The notes: a model not told the origin generated them from the letters alone. DNA of 64,000 nt from Gammaproteobacteria bacterium (GCA_050298595.1 JBNKUM010000067.1:2976-66975), one strand, 5' to 3'; positions 11,801-21,423 are shown, numbered from the stretch's first letter. Numbers and translations are program-made.

Positions 11801-12552
11801 ACCGAAAAGACTGGCTGCCTGCTGGCGTCACTGATGGCACGTACGGCAGTACTGCTGTCGATGGTCTCGCCATCATCGTTGGTGGGCCGGTTCAAGATGA
11901 AAACAACTGTATCTGACCCAGCGAGCCTGACTCTCTCCTCAATGTGCGAGAGTACTGGATCATCGAAAAGTTCAAGTTCAGAGGGCCTGCTCCGTTGTTC
12001 ATTGTCCTTTTGCAGACTCGCGAAGTTTCCACGGAAAGTCGGCGACTGCTCACCGAGTACAAGTACACGCCGCCCGGGCAGCAACTTATCAATGATCTCC
12101 AGCGTTTCCTTGAACGCAGCCTCTTCGGCAACACCCGTCAGGTTTTTGTATCGGTCCCGAATGTTGGGACTGAGGCCATTAATTCCACAGAAAACCACAG
12201 GTACGTCGGGCGCCAGCAGTGGACGCACGTCCAGCACAAAATCCAGAGCATTGTTGTCCGTTACCGCAATGACCTCAGGGGGATTCCTCTTGAATTTGCT
12301 CTCAAGGGTCTGCAGGAGATCCTGACGCATGAGATCCTTTTGCTCGCGGTAGCGTAAGGAATCGAGATACTCGATGTGCAGGTCAACCGGTATACCGTTA
12401 TTGGCAAGGGCGTTGATGAACCCCTGATGCTGAGAATCGGTCCAGGGCATGCCGCTGTGATAGGAATGGATTAATAGCACACTGTGACTCTGAGCGACAG
12501 CCGTTGCCGACAGCCCCAGCAGAGCAATGAACAAGACAAGTAGTCGAATCAT
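8890..12552 (-). CDS. Hybrid sensor histidine kinase / response regulator with an N-terminal periplasmic COG2984-type substrate-binding-like domain, multiple PAS domains and a C-terminal conserved tail
   Basis: 1220 aa in the order: signal peptide, periplasmic binding-protein-like domain, TM, four or more PAS/PAC repeats, HisKA ([17 protein letters not shown]), HATPase (GTGLGLAIV), REC (MDRRMPVMDG … D-x-Y-V-S-KP), then an 80-aa tail. Confidence 0.85.
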   Translation of the reverse strand: MIRLLVLFIALLGLSATAVAQSHSVLLIHSYHSGMPWTDSQHQGFINALANNGIPVDLHIEYLDSLRYREQKDLMRQDLLQTLESKFKRNPPEVIAVTDNNALDFVLDVRPLLAPDVPVVFCGINGLSPNIRDRYKNLTGVAEEAAFKETLEIIDKLLPGRRVLVLGEQSPTFRGNFASLQKDNEQRSRPSELELFDDPVLSHIEERVRLAGSDTVVFILNRPTNDDGETIDSSTAVRAISDASRQPVFSVWDYMFGDGIVGGKLTSGEAHGEVAAQQVIRILNGEEADSIPIEWESANRYLFDYEQLQRFDLQDKSLPEGSVVINRPVNFYELYRDKVVAVAVVFTLLLFFGIGMLLLNRSLTESRNLLDDIVDNLPVMVFLKRASDLSFIRFNRTGQELLGLSREELLGRHDYDFFPKEQADFFISKDRDVLTQTGVVDIPEEPVETVNGTRILHTRKLALRNKEGLPVYLLGISEDITERKQTEHQVTLLSFALNSVHEAAFLIDERARFHFVNEEACRILGYSHDELLASGVEDIDPDWPAVRWPEHWRDLQEKRSITFEGRHRAKDGRIIPVEISANFIEYAEQSYNLALVRDISERKLAEQTLVARERDYRTLIENLPDCITRFAPDCRHLFVNPSVEKTFGIPRKTFIGKSPTQIGKPGDDAINYELEQSILQVFATAQTQKLQMQWQTVDGPRTFEVLYAPEHDEEDKVVSVLGIAHDITYQKQAEETLRRHKDELEELVQQRTDELRLARDAAEAANKAKSTFLANMSHELRTPLNAILGFSQLMRKDQSLNSSQRENLEIINKSGDHLLKLINDVLEISKIEAGKQQLEISTFDLHELVREVSDMMRLKAQQKGLQLELDQSSAFPRYIKGDEARLRQILVNLVSNAVKFTKQGSVTMRLRSKHNAHHHLLIEVEDNGPGISKKDQRRLFKPFEQLSAGTSSQEGTGLGLAIVRQFVQLMGGSVSVESKPGQGSLFRVDLPLNEPDEAEMIRLSAETHGAVAGLAPGQATRRILIAEDQRDSQILLARVMTDLGLDVKVAQNGEECIQIFQQWRPDLILMDRRMPVMDGDEATRRIRELPGGDQVKVVAVTASALKEEEETLRASGMDDYVSKPYRFDEIYHILEKQLGLTLVYAEEESDHEAALVAPPSDQLRELYQLADIGQVFEIQELASRLQAENEVYISFARKLNKLAKGFDLEGISTFIKQYLK

Positions 12553-12642
12553 CTGATGGTTCTCCGTCTAGACCGATACACCTTTACCAAAGGTGAAAAG
12601 TTCTTTGATTTAGGTTCCTAATAATTTTTCGCCTGTCAAAAG

Positions 12643-12773
12643 ATTAACCACGAAGTACACAGAGCGCACGAAGAAAAACCTCTATTAATCTTCGTGACCT
12701 CGGCAACTGCTCGGCTCAGGCTTCCTGCGTTGTTCTAATTACGGGCATCCTGCCCTAATTCGTGGTTAATTAG
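12643..12773. repeat. Hairpin element flanked by inverted repeats (gattaaccacgaa … ttcgtggttaatt), in the leader/promoter region of the 1220-aa kinase
   Basis: Perfect 12-13 bp terminal inverted repeats about 105 bp apart; an internal hairpin gggcatcctgccc; shares a 5' motif with 7151-7200. Confidence 0.5.
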
Positions 12774-12908
12774 ATTTTCGAGTCATTGCATTCACAACGA
12801 CAGCCTTGAACGAATTAATCGAAGACTCCTTGGTAGTAAAATATATCACTCCGTCATCTAACAATTTAAAATTCAAGAGTTCAGACGCGTGGGTCAATGC
12901 GCCAATAG

Positions 12909-13973
12909 CTACAAAACCACCGGGAATTCCCCATGATGGTAAAAGGCATCTAGCTGATTGCTGCAGGATTCCAGATCAAAGTTGTTATCCGCCAGCCATT
13001 CATCATTGTAGTAGGTATGCTGGTAGCGCTCGCCACTATCGCACAACAGTGATACCACGCTGCCACTTTGACCCTTTTTATGCATCTCTGCCATAACCTG
13101 GAACGATGCGTAAACATTTGTCCCTGTCGATCCTCCACAACGTCGGTTGAGTAATTTCTGCAGGTAGTGGATGGTGGCTATAGAGGCTTCATCTGGAACC
13201 TTTATCATGTTGTCGATAACGCCAGAGATGAATGATGGCTCTACCCTTGGACGACCGATGCCTTCTATACGCGAGCCGCTGTTGATGGCGATGGAAGTAT
13301 CGCCGGTTTTGAAGTAATCGTAAAAAACCGAGTTTTCAGGGTCGGCTACACAGAGCTGGGTATTATGTTTTTTGTAGCGCACATAGCGGCCTAAAGTGGC
13401 CGAGGTGCCTCCGGTGCCAGCACTCATGACCAGCCAGCTGGGTTCGGGAAAGCGTTCGCAGGACATCTGCGCGAATATCGAATCAGCAATATTGTTGTTA
13501 CCGCGCCAGTCGGTGACACGCTCGGCATTAGTGAATTGATCGACATAGTGTCCGTTTAAATCCTCTGCCAGTCGTCTGGCTTCGGTATAGATATCGCCAT
13601 TGTCTACCAGATGGCATTCGCCCTGATAGAAACAGATCTGGCCGATTTTTTCCTGCGAGGTGCCGCGTGGCATTACCGCGATAAAACGCAGGCCTAACAG
13701 CTTGGCAAAATAGGCTTCGGAAACCGCCGTACTACCGGATGAGGATTCAATAATTGCAGTATCTTCATTGATGTTACCGTTACACAGCCCATACAGGAAC
13801 AGGGATCTGGCGAGTCGATGTTTCAGACTGCCGGTAGGGTGAGTGGATTCGTCTTTCAGATAAAAATCTATCTCCGGCAGGGCGGGTAGATCGACCCGGA
13901 TCAGATGGGTATCGGATGAGCGTTGAAAATCGGCTTCTATGGTAGCTATAGCCTGGTTGACCCATTCTCGCAT
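12909..13973 (-). CDS. PLP-dependent cysteine synthase family protein (CysK/CysM/CBS-like fold type II)
   Basis: PLP-lysine region (…[12 protein letters not shown]…) and glycine-rich loop ([14 protein letters not shown]) typical of the fold-type II tryptophan-synthase-beta superfamily. Confidence 0.7.
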   Translation of the reverse strand: MREWVNQAIATIEADFQRSSDTHLIRVDLPALPEIDFYLKDESTHPTGSLKHRLARSLFLYGLCNGNINEDTAIIESSSGSTAVSEAYFAKLLGLRFIAVMPRGTSQEKIGQICFYQGECHLVDNGDIYTEARRLAEDLNGHYVDQFTNAERVTDWRGNNNIADSIFAQMSCERFPEPSWLVMSAGTGGTSATLGRYVRYKKHNTQLCVADPENSVFYDYFKTGDTSIAINSGSRIEGIGRPRVEPSFISGVIDNMIKVPDEASIATIHYLQKLLNRRCGGSTGTNVYASFQVMAEMHKKGQSGSVVSLLCDSGERYQHTYYNDEWLADNNFDLESCSNQLDAFYHHGEFPVVL

Positions 13974-14041
13974 TTTTGTCCTCGGTTTGTATACTGACTA
14001 ATTTTTAATTGCAATGATCTTTTATTGCAACTCAGTATAGT

Positions 14042-15244
14042 ATGCCCGCTAACGAAACTAAACAAGAACGCTATATGTTTAACCGCAATCAATTAATCAT
14101 TGTTTATTGCACCATCATTGCATTTGCGATTTTGTACGAGCATCAACCCCTGCTGCCGCTGCTCGCCAAACAATGGGGCCGCTCCTTGAGTGACGCTGCA
14201 CTGCTGACTACGGTAACTATGATTCCACTGGCCCTGGCCCCTTTGATTTACGGTTACTTTCTGGAACGTATTTCATCGCGCCACATGTTGATAGGCGGCT
14301 TTTCTCTATTACTGATCACTCAGGCAATTCTATCAACTGCGCCCGGTTATTCATGGTTTCTGGTATTACGTGCGCTTGAAGGTCTGCTTTTGCCCGCTAT
14401 CTTTACTTCACTGATGACCTATACCTCGGCCAGTGGAGGCTCTCATCATTCGCGCCGCAATATCAGCTTTTATATCGCAGCCACTATCATAGGCGGCTAT
14501 TGTGGTCGTACTCTGACCGGTCTGGTGACCGATCTGTATAACTGGCAAACCTCGTTCTGGATGTGGTCAACCCTGGCTCTGGTCGCTGTCCTCAGTCTAC
14601 TCAAGCTGGATACCGATCCTCGCGGTCAACTGGTTAAGATATCCCTGCCCGAAATACGAAAACTGATCCGTAAGCCGGTGAACCGAGAAGGTCTGATCGG
14701 TGCATTCCTGCTATTTTTTGTCTCAGCCGCGATGATGAACTTCCTGCCCTTTCGCATCTTTGAACTCAAGCCCGATATAACTACAGGTACCATGTCGCTG
14801 GTATATACCGGTTATCTGATAGGTGCTGTTATTTCTGTATTTTCTACCCGTATCATTCCCTTATTCGGTAGTGAAAAGCGTACGCTGCTCACTGCAGCGG
14901 TTATATACGCCACAGGAGCCTTGCTGTTTATGGCTGAACAGATTGCAGTACTTTATCTCGCCATGTTTGTGATGATGGCTGGGATGTTTAGTATCCACAG
15001 CGTGCTTTCAGGCTATCTCAATCATCTGGAATCTTCGCGCAAGGGTATGATTAATGGTTTGTATGTATCCTGTTACTATAGCGGTGGTGTTCTCGGGTCT
15101 TTTGTTCCAGGCCTGCTATACCAATCGGCAGGATGGGTCGCTTTTTGCCTGCTATTGATTAGCCTGATTGGCCTGCTGGGTGTTATGATCTTGCTGATGC
15201 CGAGTTCTGGCAATCACGCAAGTGATAAACTGGTGAGCAGATGA
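14042..15244 (+). CDS. MFS transporter
   Basis: 400 aa with about 12 predicted TM segments and an MFS-like loop motif (GR.LTG…D). Confidence 0.7.
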   Translation: MPANETKQERYMFNRNQLIIVYCTIIAFAILYEHQPLLPLLAKQWGRSLSDAALLTTVTMIPLALAPLIYGYFLERISSRHMLIGGFSLLLITQAILSTAPGYSWFLVLRALEGLLLPAIFTSLMTYTSASGGSHHSRRNISFYIAATIIGGYCGRTLTGLVTDLYNWQTSFWMWSTLALVAVLSLLKLDTDPRGQLVKISLPEIRKLIRKPVNREGLIGAFLLFFVSAAMMNFLPFRIFELKPDITTGTMSLVYTGYLIGAVISVFSTRIIPLFGSEKRTLLTAAVIYATGALLFMAEQIAVLYLAMFVMMAGMFSIHSVLSGYLNHLESSRKGMINGLYVSCYYSGGVLGSFVPGLLYQSAGWVAFCLLLISLIGLLGVMILLMPSSGNHASDKLVSR

Positions 15245-15306
15245 TCTGCCTCATTTTCAAGCAACTACATGCGCCTAAACTGGCGTTTTTCTCTGGGAAC
15301 TGAGCT

Positions 15307-16518
15307 ATGGATTACGATTTAGCTATCATCGGAGCTGGCCCGGCCGGTCTGAGTTTTGCCCTTTCGCTACGCGACAGCGGGCTTAAAATCGTCGTTATTG
15401 AAAAATTGTCTCGCAAGGAACTGGCCGATCCACCGATAGATGGCCGTGATATCGCGCTCACCCATTTATCGCGCCGCCTGATGCAACAGCACGGTAGCTG
15501 GCAAAGAGTCGATGAGCATCAGATTTCACCGATTATCCGCGCCGAGGTTTTCGATGGCGATTCACCCTATACCCTGGGCTTTGATACCCCCTCTGACGAT
15601 ACCGATGCACTCGGCTTTATCATCTCTAACCACCTGATCCGCAAAGCCATCTATGAAGAATTCAGTACGCTGGACAATGCAACCCTGCTGGATGAGTGCA
15701 TGGTCAAACAGGTATCCACTGATGACAACTGCGGCAGTCTGGTGCTGGATAATGGACAAACTCTGCAGGTTAACCTGATTGTCGCTGCGGACACCCGTTT
15801 CTCTGATACGCGTCGCCAGATGGGCATCTCTGCCGGTTCATACGATTTTGGTCGTAGCGCGGTACTGTGCTGGATGGATCATGAACTCAGCCACAACAAC
15901 ACTGCATTTGAATGTTTTCATTATGGGCAGACCCTGGCGATCCTGCCACTGAGCGGCAACCGCAGCTCGGCAGTCATTACTATGCCCTCCAACGAGGTCA
16001 ACCAGATGCTGGGTATGAGCGAAGAGGATTTTAGTCTGGAGATAGAAAACCGTCTGGGTGGAAAACTCGGCAAGATGACTCAGGTTGGCGAACGCTTTAC
16101 CTATCCTCTGGTTGGTGTGCATGCAAACCGTTTTGCCGCCAGACGTTACGCACTCATCGGCGATGCTGCAGTCGGTATGCATCCGGTGACCGCGCATGGT
16201 TTTAATCTGGGGCTAAGTGGCCAGGACATACTCAAGGATGAAATCATCCACGCCATCCAGCATGGACATGCATACTGGGATATCAGTGTGCTTAGACGCT
16301 ACCAGCAACAACATATGCTATCCACCAGACCTCTATATCATGGCACCAATAGCGTGGTGACCCTGTTTACCAACGATAGCTTCCCTGCCACCCTGATTCG
16401 TAAGGCGGTACTACGCTTGAGTAATAACCTGCCACCAATCAAGTGGGCAATAACTCAGAAACTGATGACCAAGAATCATGTAAAACTGACATTGCCGGGG
16501 TTATTGGGACGCAGTTGA
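15307..16518 (+). CDS. FAD-dependent monooxygenase, UbiH/UbiF/Coq6 family
   Basis: N-terminal dinucleotide-binding motif (DLAIIGAGPAGLSFALSL) and a later GDAAVGMHPVTAHGFNLG motif typical of ubiquinone-biosynthesis hydroxylases. Confidence 0.75.
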   Translation: MDYDLAIIGAGPAGLSFALSLRDSGLKIVVIEKLSRKELADPPIDGRDIALTHLSRRLMQQHGSWQRVDEHQISPIIRAEVFDGDSPYTLGFDTPSDDTDALGFIISNHLIRKAIYEEFSTLDNATLLDECMVKQVSTDDNCGSLVLDNGQTLQVNLIVAADTRFSDTRRQMGISAGSYDFGRSAVLCWMDHELSHNNTAFECFHYGQTLAILPLSGNRSSAVITMPSNEVNQMLGMSEEDFSLEIENRLGGKLGKMTQVGERFTYPLVGVHANRFAARRYALIGDAAVGMHPVTAHGFNLGLSGQDILKDEIIHAIQHGHAYWDISVLRRYQQQHMLSTRPLYHGTNSVVTLFTNDSFPATLIRKAVLRLSNNLPPIKWAITQKLMTKNHVKLTLPGLLGRS

Positions 16519-16712
16519 TCGGGCAGATGCAAATATAACTACCTGTCACCAACCATTGTCGCGAACGCAAGTGAATCGGTCTAACACAGCCAAGTTAAAA
16601 TCCACTGGCTTCGATAACCACCAACAGACTGCCGCGCCTGTCAATTCGTAGTAAAAACAGGAATTCCAGATAGTGTTCGTGAATCACCCTTTGAATGAGT
16701 TATCATTGATTC

Positions 16713-17099
16713 ATGATCACCAAGATACTTTTCACCATTACTATCATCGTTGCAGTTATATTTTATCTGCGCATGAGGAACACTTCAGAAGACTCTACTC
16801 CTGCCAGCGGCAGAGTTCACAGTAGCAAACCCACTGCACCCAGCGAAAATGAGAAAATGTTCCGTCAGGGTGCCTGGCTGTTCCTGATTTTTATGGGCAT
16901 TAGTGCGCTGGTGGTGGTCGTATTTGGCCTGAATGATCAATATACCACTGCCAATGTGCATGTGGTGAATACCCAGACCGGCCAAACAAAGACCTATCAG
17001 GCTGAGATGAAGGATATTAAATCCAACCAGTTCACGACGCTTGAAGGCCGTACCATCTACATCGCAGATATCGAAAGAATGGAAGTTGAACGCGATTAA
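16713..17099 (+). CDS. Small membrane protein with two TM segments, function unknown
   Basis: Two hydrophobic segments; no motifs recognised. Confidence 0.4.
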   Translation: MITKILFTITIIVAVIFYLRMRNTSEDSTPASGRVHSSKPTAPSENEKMFRQGAWLFLIFMGISALVVVVFGLNDQYTTANVHVVNTQTGQTKTYQAEMKDIKSNQFTTLEGRTIYIADIERMEVERD

Positions 17100-17106
17100 C
17101 TTTTGA

Positions 17107-18045
17107 TTGTCGAATTCACTTTATATCCACTACTTTGCATGGATGTTTATGACTACAAAATTTTTCAGGTTTTCGCCCTTTCTGTTTTTCATCTTACTGG
17201 TTAATGTTCATATCTTTCAGTCGGCTAATGCCCAGCAGATTGACTTCAAACAGATTCGACAATTTGCCTCTTTGGCAAAAGCAGCCTATGAACCCGAAGA
17301 TATAATCAAACAGGCGGGGTATTTAGAAGGTTATACCCTAAAGCAGTATCGCAATATTCCTGAGGTTGAAGTCACCTACCTGATCGCTATTGATAAGCTT
17401 ACAAAGCAGCCCGTTATCGCGGTACGTGGCACTTCAAATGTCGAAAACGCCCTGGTCGATATCGCCGTTAAACTGCGTGACGATGAACATGCTGGCATCA
17501 AGTTGCACGAGGGTTTCTCACTATCTGCCAGTAAAATCTATCAGGATATTCAACCCCTGCTTGATAAATCTGGCAAAGTCCATTTAACCGGGCATAGTCT
17601 GGGTGGGGCTGTTGCCGTGATTCTGGCTATGTATCTTGATCATGATGGCTTTAATGTGGGTAAAGTTATTACCTTTGGTCAACCCAAGGTCACCAATATT
17701 GCGGGTAGTCGACAATATACCGATATCAATTTAATCCGCGTGGTAACGCCCAGAGATCTAGTGCCACTGGTACCGCCAATGGATCCATTGGATATTCAAA
17801 ATCTGGATGTCTACTGGCATGGTGGAACAGAAGTATTGCTCAACACCGATAACAGCTATTCAATTCTGCAAGGTACGGCCAGTATGTTACGTGCGACCAA
17901 ATTCACCCAACAGATGCTGGATGAGCAAAATCTGGTGAATCATAAGATGGATTTATATTTAAAGCTGATTGATTCGATGATAAAACAGTCTAAGCAGGTT
18001 CCCTTTGAGAATGACTTCAATCTGTTTAATTTGTTTGGTCAGTAA
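17107..18045 (+). CDS. Secreted lipase class 3 (alpha/beta-hydrolase) family protein
   Basis: GHSLGGAVA nucleophile elbow and surrounding class-3 lipase pattern. A signal peptide follows an internal Met (MFMTTKFF…ANA), so the likely start is near 17143. Confidence 0.7.
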   Translation: MSNSLYIHYFAWMFMTTKFFRFSPFLFFILLVNVHIFQSANAQQIDFKQIRQFASLAKAAYEPEDIIKQAGYLEGYTLKQYRNIPEVEVTYLIAIDKLTKQPVIAVRGTSNVENALVDIAVKLRDDEHAGIKLHEGFSLSASKIYQDIQPLLDKSGKVHLTGHSLGGAVAVILAMYLDHDGFNVGKVITFGQPKVTNIAGSRQYTDINLIRVVTPRDLVPLVPPMDPLDIQNLDVYWHGGTEVLLNTDNSYSILQGTASMLRATKFTQQMLDEQNLVNHKMDLYLKLIDSMIKQSKQVPFENDFNLFNLFGQ

Positions 18046-18079
18046 ACCGCTTTAAACCAGGTGACTTGATAACTAATAT

Positions 18080-18553
18080 CTACGACTGCGCTGCCTGCTC
18101 TTCTCTCAGTTTATCCCGAATCCCCATCAGCAACTTGCCAAAGGCGTTATTGCCGCGCATATCGCGGCCGCTGCCCCAGAAGTAGTCGTACTGGCTTACA
18201 TCAACAATTTCTACCTCGCCTGAATCCAGTAACATTTGCGCAACTTCCGGATGAGTGCGGCATTTGATATACATACCGCGTGTCATATAGGTCACCTTGA
18301 CCATATCCCAGTCCTTGCGCCTTTGGTGTTTTTTGCTTTTGCCCAATTTGGCTGCTTCTTTGGGATGGCTCGTCTGACGGATCTGCGCACTGTATTCGGC
18401 ATCTCCGAATTTCATCGCCTGATAGTAATGCTCAACCGAAGGCCACTCAAAACCATCAAGTTCGAATGCGTGTTTAGAGTAGGAAGCCAGCAGGTGATTG
18501 GGATCATTACGCGTGAGGGTCAGGAGTTTTTTCTCTTTTTGGTCAAAAAACAT
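18080..18553 (-). CDS. NADAR (YbiA/DUF1768) family protein
   Basis: …WPSVEHYYQAMKF… and the overall pattern of the YbiA/NADAR N-glycosidase / ADP-ribose-processing family. The start is taken at MFFDQKEKK; the ORF track extends it to 18622. Confidence 0.7.
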   Translation of the reverse strand: MFFDQKEKKLLTLTRNDPNHLLASYSKHAFELDGFEWPSVEHYYQAMKFGDAEYSAQIRQTSHPKEAAKLGKSKKHQRRKDWDMVKVTYMTRGMYIKCRTHPEVAQMLLDSGEVEIVDVSQYDYFWGSGRDMRGNNAFGKLLMGIRDKLREEQAAQS

Positions 18554-18740
18554 TATGCTTTTCCAAATTAGCCATGTGTGGGTAAAATACCATAAAGATT
18601 CCTGATCCAGATTGTTATTCAATTATTGGAGCAAGAATGTCTGAGGCTTTAAACTCCATATTTGAATTTTAACGAATACCTGTTCTCAGTTATTGTCACT
18701 AAACAGGCGTTTATGTCAGTCACCGCTTCAAACAATAAGC

Positions 18741-20369
18741 TCAAGTTTTAACGTCACAGGTTTGACCGGCGATCTTATCTAAATAACTTCTAATATCTCT
18801 TAAAAATTTCTCAAATTTATTTCCAGGCATCTGCTTCAACTGCTCATCCATTACAAAAACAAGGCTTTTTCGGTAAGCATTTTTCGCCAGTCTTACCCTT
18901 TTCTGAAACGCAAAAAATTCATTTTGATCCGGTATTAGTATATGGCTTTTCTGACTATCCTGCTGTAGACGAATCTTGTGAGTAAGAACAAGATCATAAA
19001 TCGAAGATTTAACCGACAGGTTCATTATTTTGACAGGATTACCCGCAACAAAAGGATTTACTTCACCACTATTGTTAGTAATTTTAATAAATCCATCATC
19101 CGTTTCACTTTGTAATTCAACGTATCGAATAGTCTTCCACTTTCCTAAAACAACTAATAGCAACCAGGCAAGAAATGATGGCTTGAGCGGCTTTATTTCA
19201 ATTGCAGTTGCACTAATTTGACTATCACTGGATACAAAAAAACGCAGGAATACTCGTTTACCTAAATACGGCTTGAATCCTTTTGGCTCAAAATCACCCA
19301 ACTTTAAGAAACCCATCTTTTTAATTTCTTTTTCCACTTTATCACAGAATTTTCGCGCAGCCTTATCAAGCTTAGTCGGAGTGAAATCGGCATTCGGGTC
19401 ACGCACATTCTTTGGAATATTCTGAGCGATACTATTCGCAATTTTCTGGTCTGGATTATCCTGCATATCTATATTAATTAATGCGCTGTCTTTTGCTTGA
19501 GTTAATTGATTTTCCTTAACATCTGGTAAATTATTTGCTATAGCACTGTCCTTTAAAACTTCACTCTTTGCTTTAATGTTAAGCAACTCTCCGCGTAGTG
19601 GATTTTCAATCTCCTCAGCGTCATTAAGGCTAACATTCAGACAGTCGTCTCTTTCCTGCTGGATGCTTATTCTAAACTCTTCTGCCTCACTACTAAGAGC
19701 GCTTAAAGCGCTGTCGTATGTGAAAATGGCTAGTTCGAAATCTTTCAGTTGTTTATATAAGCGGGCAATCTTCAGTGGTATTCTGAAATCCTCTTCGTCG
19801 CAATCCATCGCATCATTTAAATCATTTATTGCTTTTTTCAGAGGCCCGACTGCGTAAACTATGCCACAACAATCTTTTAGCTGCTCTTCTGCATCATCAG
19901 GGTGAAGGGAAAGACGTTGGTAAATCGATGCGCGTTCAATGAGTAGATCTTTTTTATTGTCTGGATGCTTTTTGATGGTAGCGTCAACCAGTGATCGCAT
20001 CTCATCGACTCGGTCTAAATCAGCAAGCAAATGAGATTTCTGGGCCAGCAGGGGTAAATTGTTCGGATTATAAAACAGTCCTTTATTAAGCGCTTTAAGC
20101 GCAGTTTCCAGATTTTTGTCTGCCTGATAGATGCGGGATAAACGAATCCATAAACCATAATTTTGTGGGAAAAGCCTGATGCCTTTGCTCAGCATGGCTC
20201 GGGCTTTTCCACGTTCGCCCAAATTTTCGAAGCCAGTAACTACTTCCAGGATGATGTCTAAATTGCTGGCATCTAATTTATACAAATTCTTGAGTATGTT
20301 TAATGCTGCTCTTGGTTTGCCCTCTTTATTCAGCGACCTCGCTTTTTTTAATTCCGCAATACTACCCAT
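18741..20369 (-). CDS. TPR-repeat protein with a C-terminal domain of unknown function (about 250 aa)
   Basis: The N-terminal 240 aa or so show TPR-like periodicity (…LGERGKARAML…, YNPNNLPLLAQKSHLLADL…); the C-terminal half matches no known family; markedly AT-rich codon usage compared with its neighbours. Confidence 0.55.
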   Translation of the reverse strand: MGSIAELKKARSLNKEGKPRAALNILKNLYKLDASNLDIILEVVTGFENLGERGKARAMLSKGIRLFPQNYGLWIRLSRIYQADKNLETALKALNKGLFYNPNNLPLLAQKSHLLADLDRVDEMRSLVDATIKKHPDNKKDLLIERASIYQRLSLHPDDAEEQLKDCCGIVYAVGPLKKAINDLNDAMDCDEEDFRIPLKIARLYKQLKDFELAIFTYDSALSALSSEAEEFRISIQQERDDCLNVSLNDAEEIENPLRGELLNIKAKSEVLKDSAIANNLPDVKENQLTQAKDSALINIDMQDNPDQKIANSIAQNIPKNVRDPNADFTPTKLDKAARKFCDKVEKEIKKMGFLKLGDFEPKGFKPYLGKRVFLRFFVSSDSQISATAIEIKPLKPSFLAWLLLVVLGKWKTIRYVELQSETDDGFIKITNNSGEVNPFVAGNPVKIMNLSVKSSIYDLVLTHKIRLQQDSQKSHILIPDQNEFFAFQKRVRLAKNAYRKSLVFVMDEQLKQMPGNKFEKFLRDIRSYLDKIAGQTCDVKT

Positions 20370-20458
20370 TTAAATATCCTGATACAAAAATCTATGGATT
20401 TATATCAAAGCCTTATTTGATAACATTGCTTGTCCTGAAGATAGCCCATGCTCTAACT

Positions 20459-21217
20459 TCAAAAATCATTACTAACTTCTATAATGTCACTCTCCTGAAT
20501 CAAATCACTATAGCGGTCAGTCTCTATTATCTCTATTGCCAGTCCGGCAAAATGTGCAACCTGCTTCTTGTCATTGATGGTATAAGCAACCCATTGCCAT
20601 TCGCCCGGCCAGAGGGCTGATTTTTCATTCGGGCAGATTTCTTCATCAACAAATAAAAATTCTGGTTCCAACTCCTGTGCCATGATGCGATTCTCATCAC
20701 TCCACTCGGGCAACACCCAGCCAACACGTAGATCCTTATCTTTCTGTTTTGCGTAGGCCAGGGCATCATATTCATAAGAAATTAGCACAGCCTGTGAGTG
20801 AATTTTATTGAGCTGTTTTAGAACGAGCTCGACTGCCTTTAATCCAAAGTTATTCAGGCTGGCTTCTTTCAATTCAATAAAACAGATGGCATCCGGCCAC
20901 TGTGACATGAGTTCAATAAACTGCTCTAGCGTTGCAATTCGGCAATCCTGATATTTATTGCCAAAACGCTCAGCATGCCCTGCGGGGAGATCTTTAATCA
21001 CACTATACGCATGATCAGCAACTATGATTTGCTTCCCGGTCACTTTTAGCAGATGAGCGTCATGACTTAGAACCGGGATCGCATCGGCGGTGATCTGTAC
21101 ATCAGTTTCAACATATTTAGCACCAGACTTGAGTGCATGGCTGAAGCCCTGCAGGCTATTTTCAGGGAAAGTTGAGGGTTGGCCTCTATGTGCCACTAAA
21201 GAAACTCGACCCATCAT
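20459..21217 (-). CDS. Glycerophosphodiester phosphodiesterase (GDPD) family protein
   Basis: N-terminal VAHRG…ENSL…E.D.Q.T.D..PVL.HD catalytic motif. Confidence 0.75.
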   Translation of the reverse strand: MMGRVSLVAHRGQPSTFPENSLQGFSHALKSGAKYVETDVQITADAIPVLSHDAHLLKVTGKQIIVADHAYSVIKDLPAGHAERFGNKYQDCRIATLEQFIELMSQWPDAICFIELKEASLNNFGLKAVELVLKQLNKIHSQAVLISYEYDALAYAKQKDKDLRVGWVLPEWSDENRIMAQELEPEFLFVDEEICPNEKSALWPGEWQWVAYTINDKKQVAHFAGLAIEIIETDRYSDLIQESDIIEVSNDF

Positions 21218-21423
21218 GGGGCATACTCCTCTTTTATAGTTTCAGGTTGTTTTTTTAGAGAGTATTCAGTATAGCGACAAATCACATGATCTAGTTCAAG
21301 AATGCAGATATTTGTGAATTTTTTTAGAGTGCGTTTAGGTTAAGGGCGAAGCGGGAAGCCAGAGCCAAGCAAAAATCTGTCACTGCGCTCGTGATATACA
21401 GTACATCCTGTACATAACAATGG

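Noticed and set aside
9203-12357. Numerous plus-strand ORFs of 60-170 aa inside the 1220-aa kinase, and similar antisense ORFs inside the other large genes (e.g. 28323-28628, 32243-32824)
   Set aside because: They are antisense to long, well-supported genes with clear domain architecture. These are shadow ORFs.
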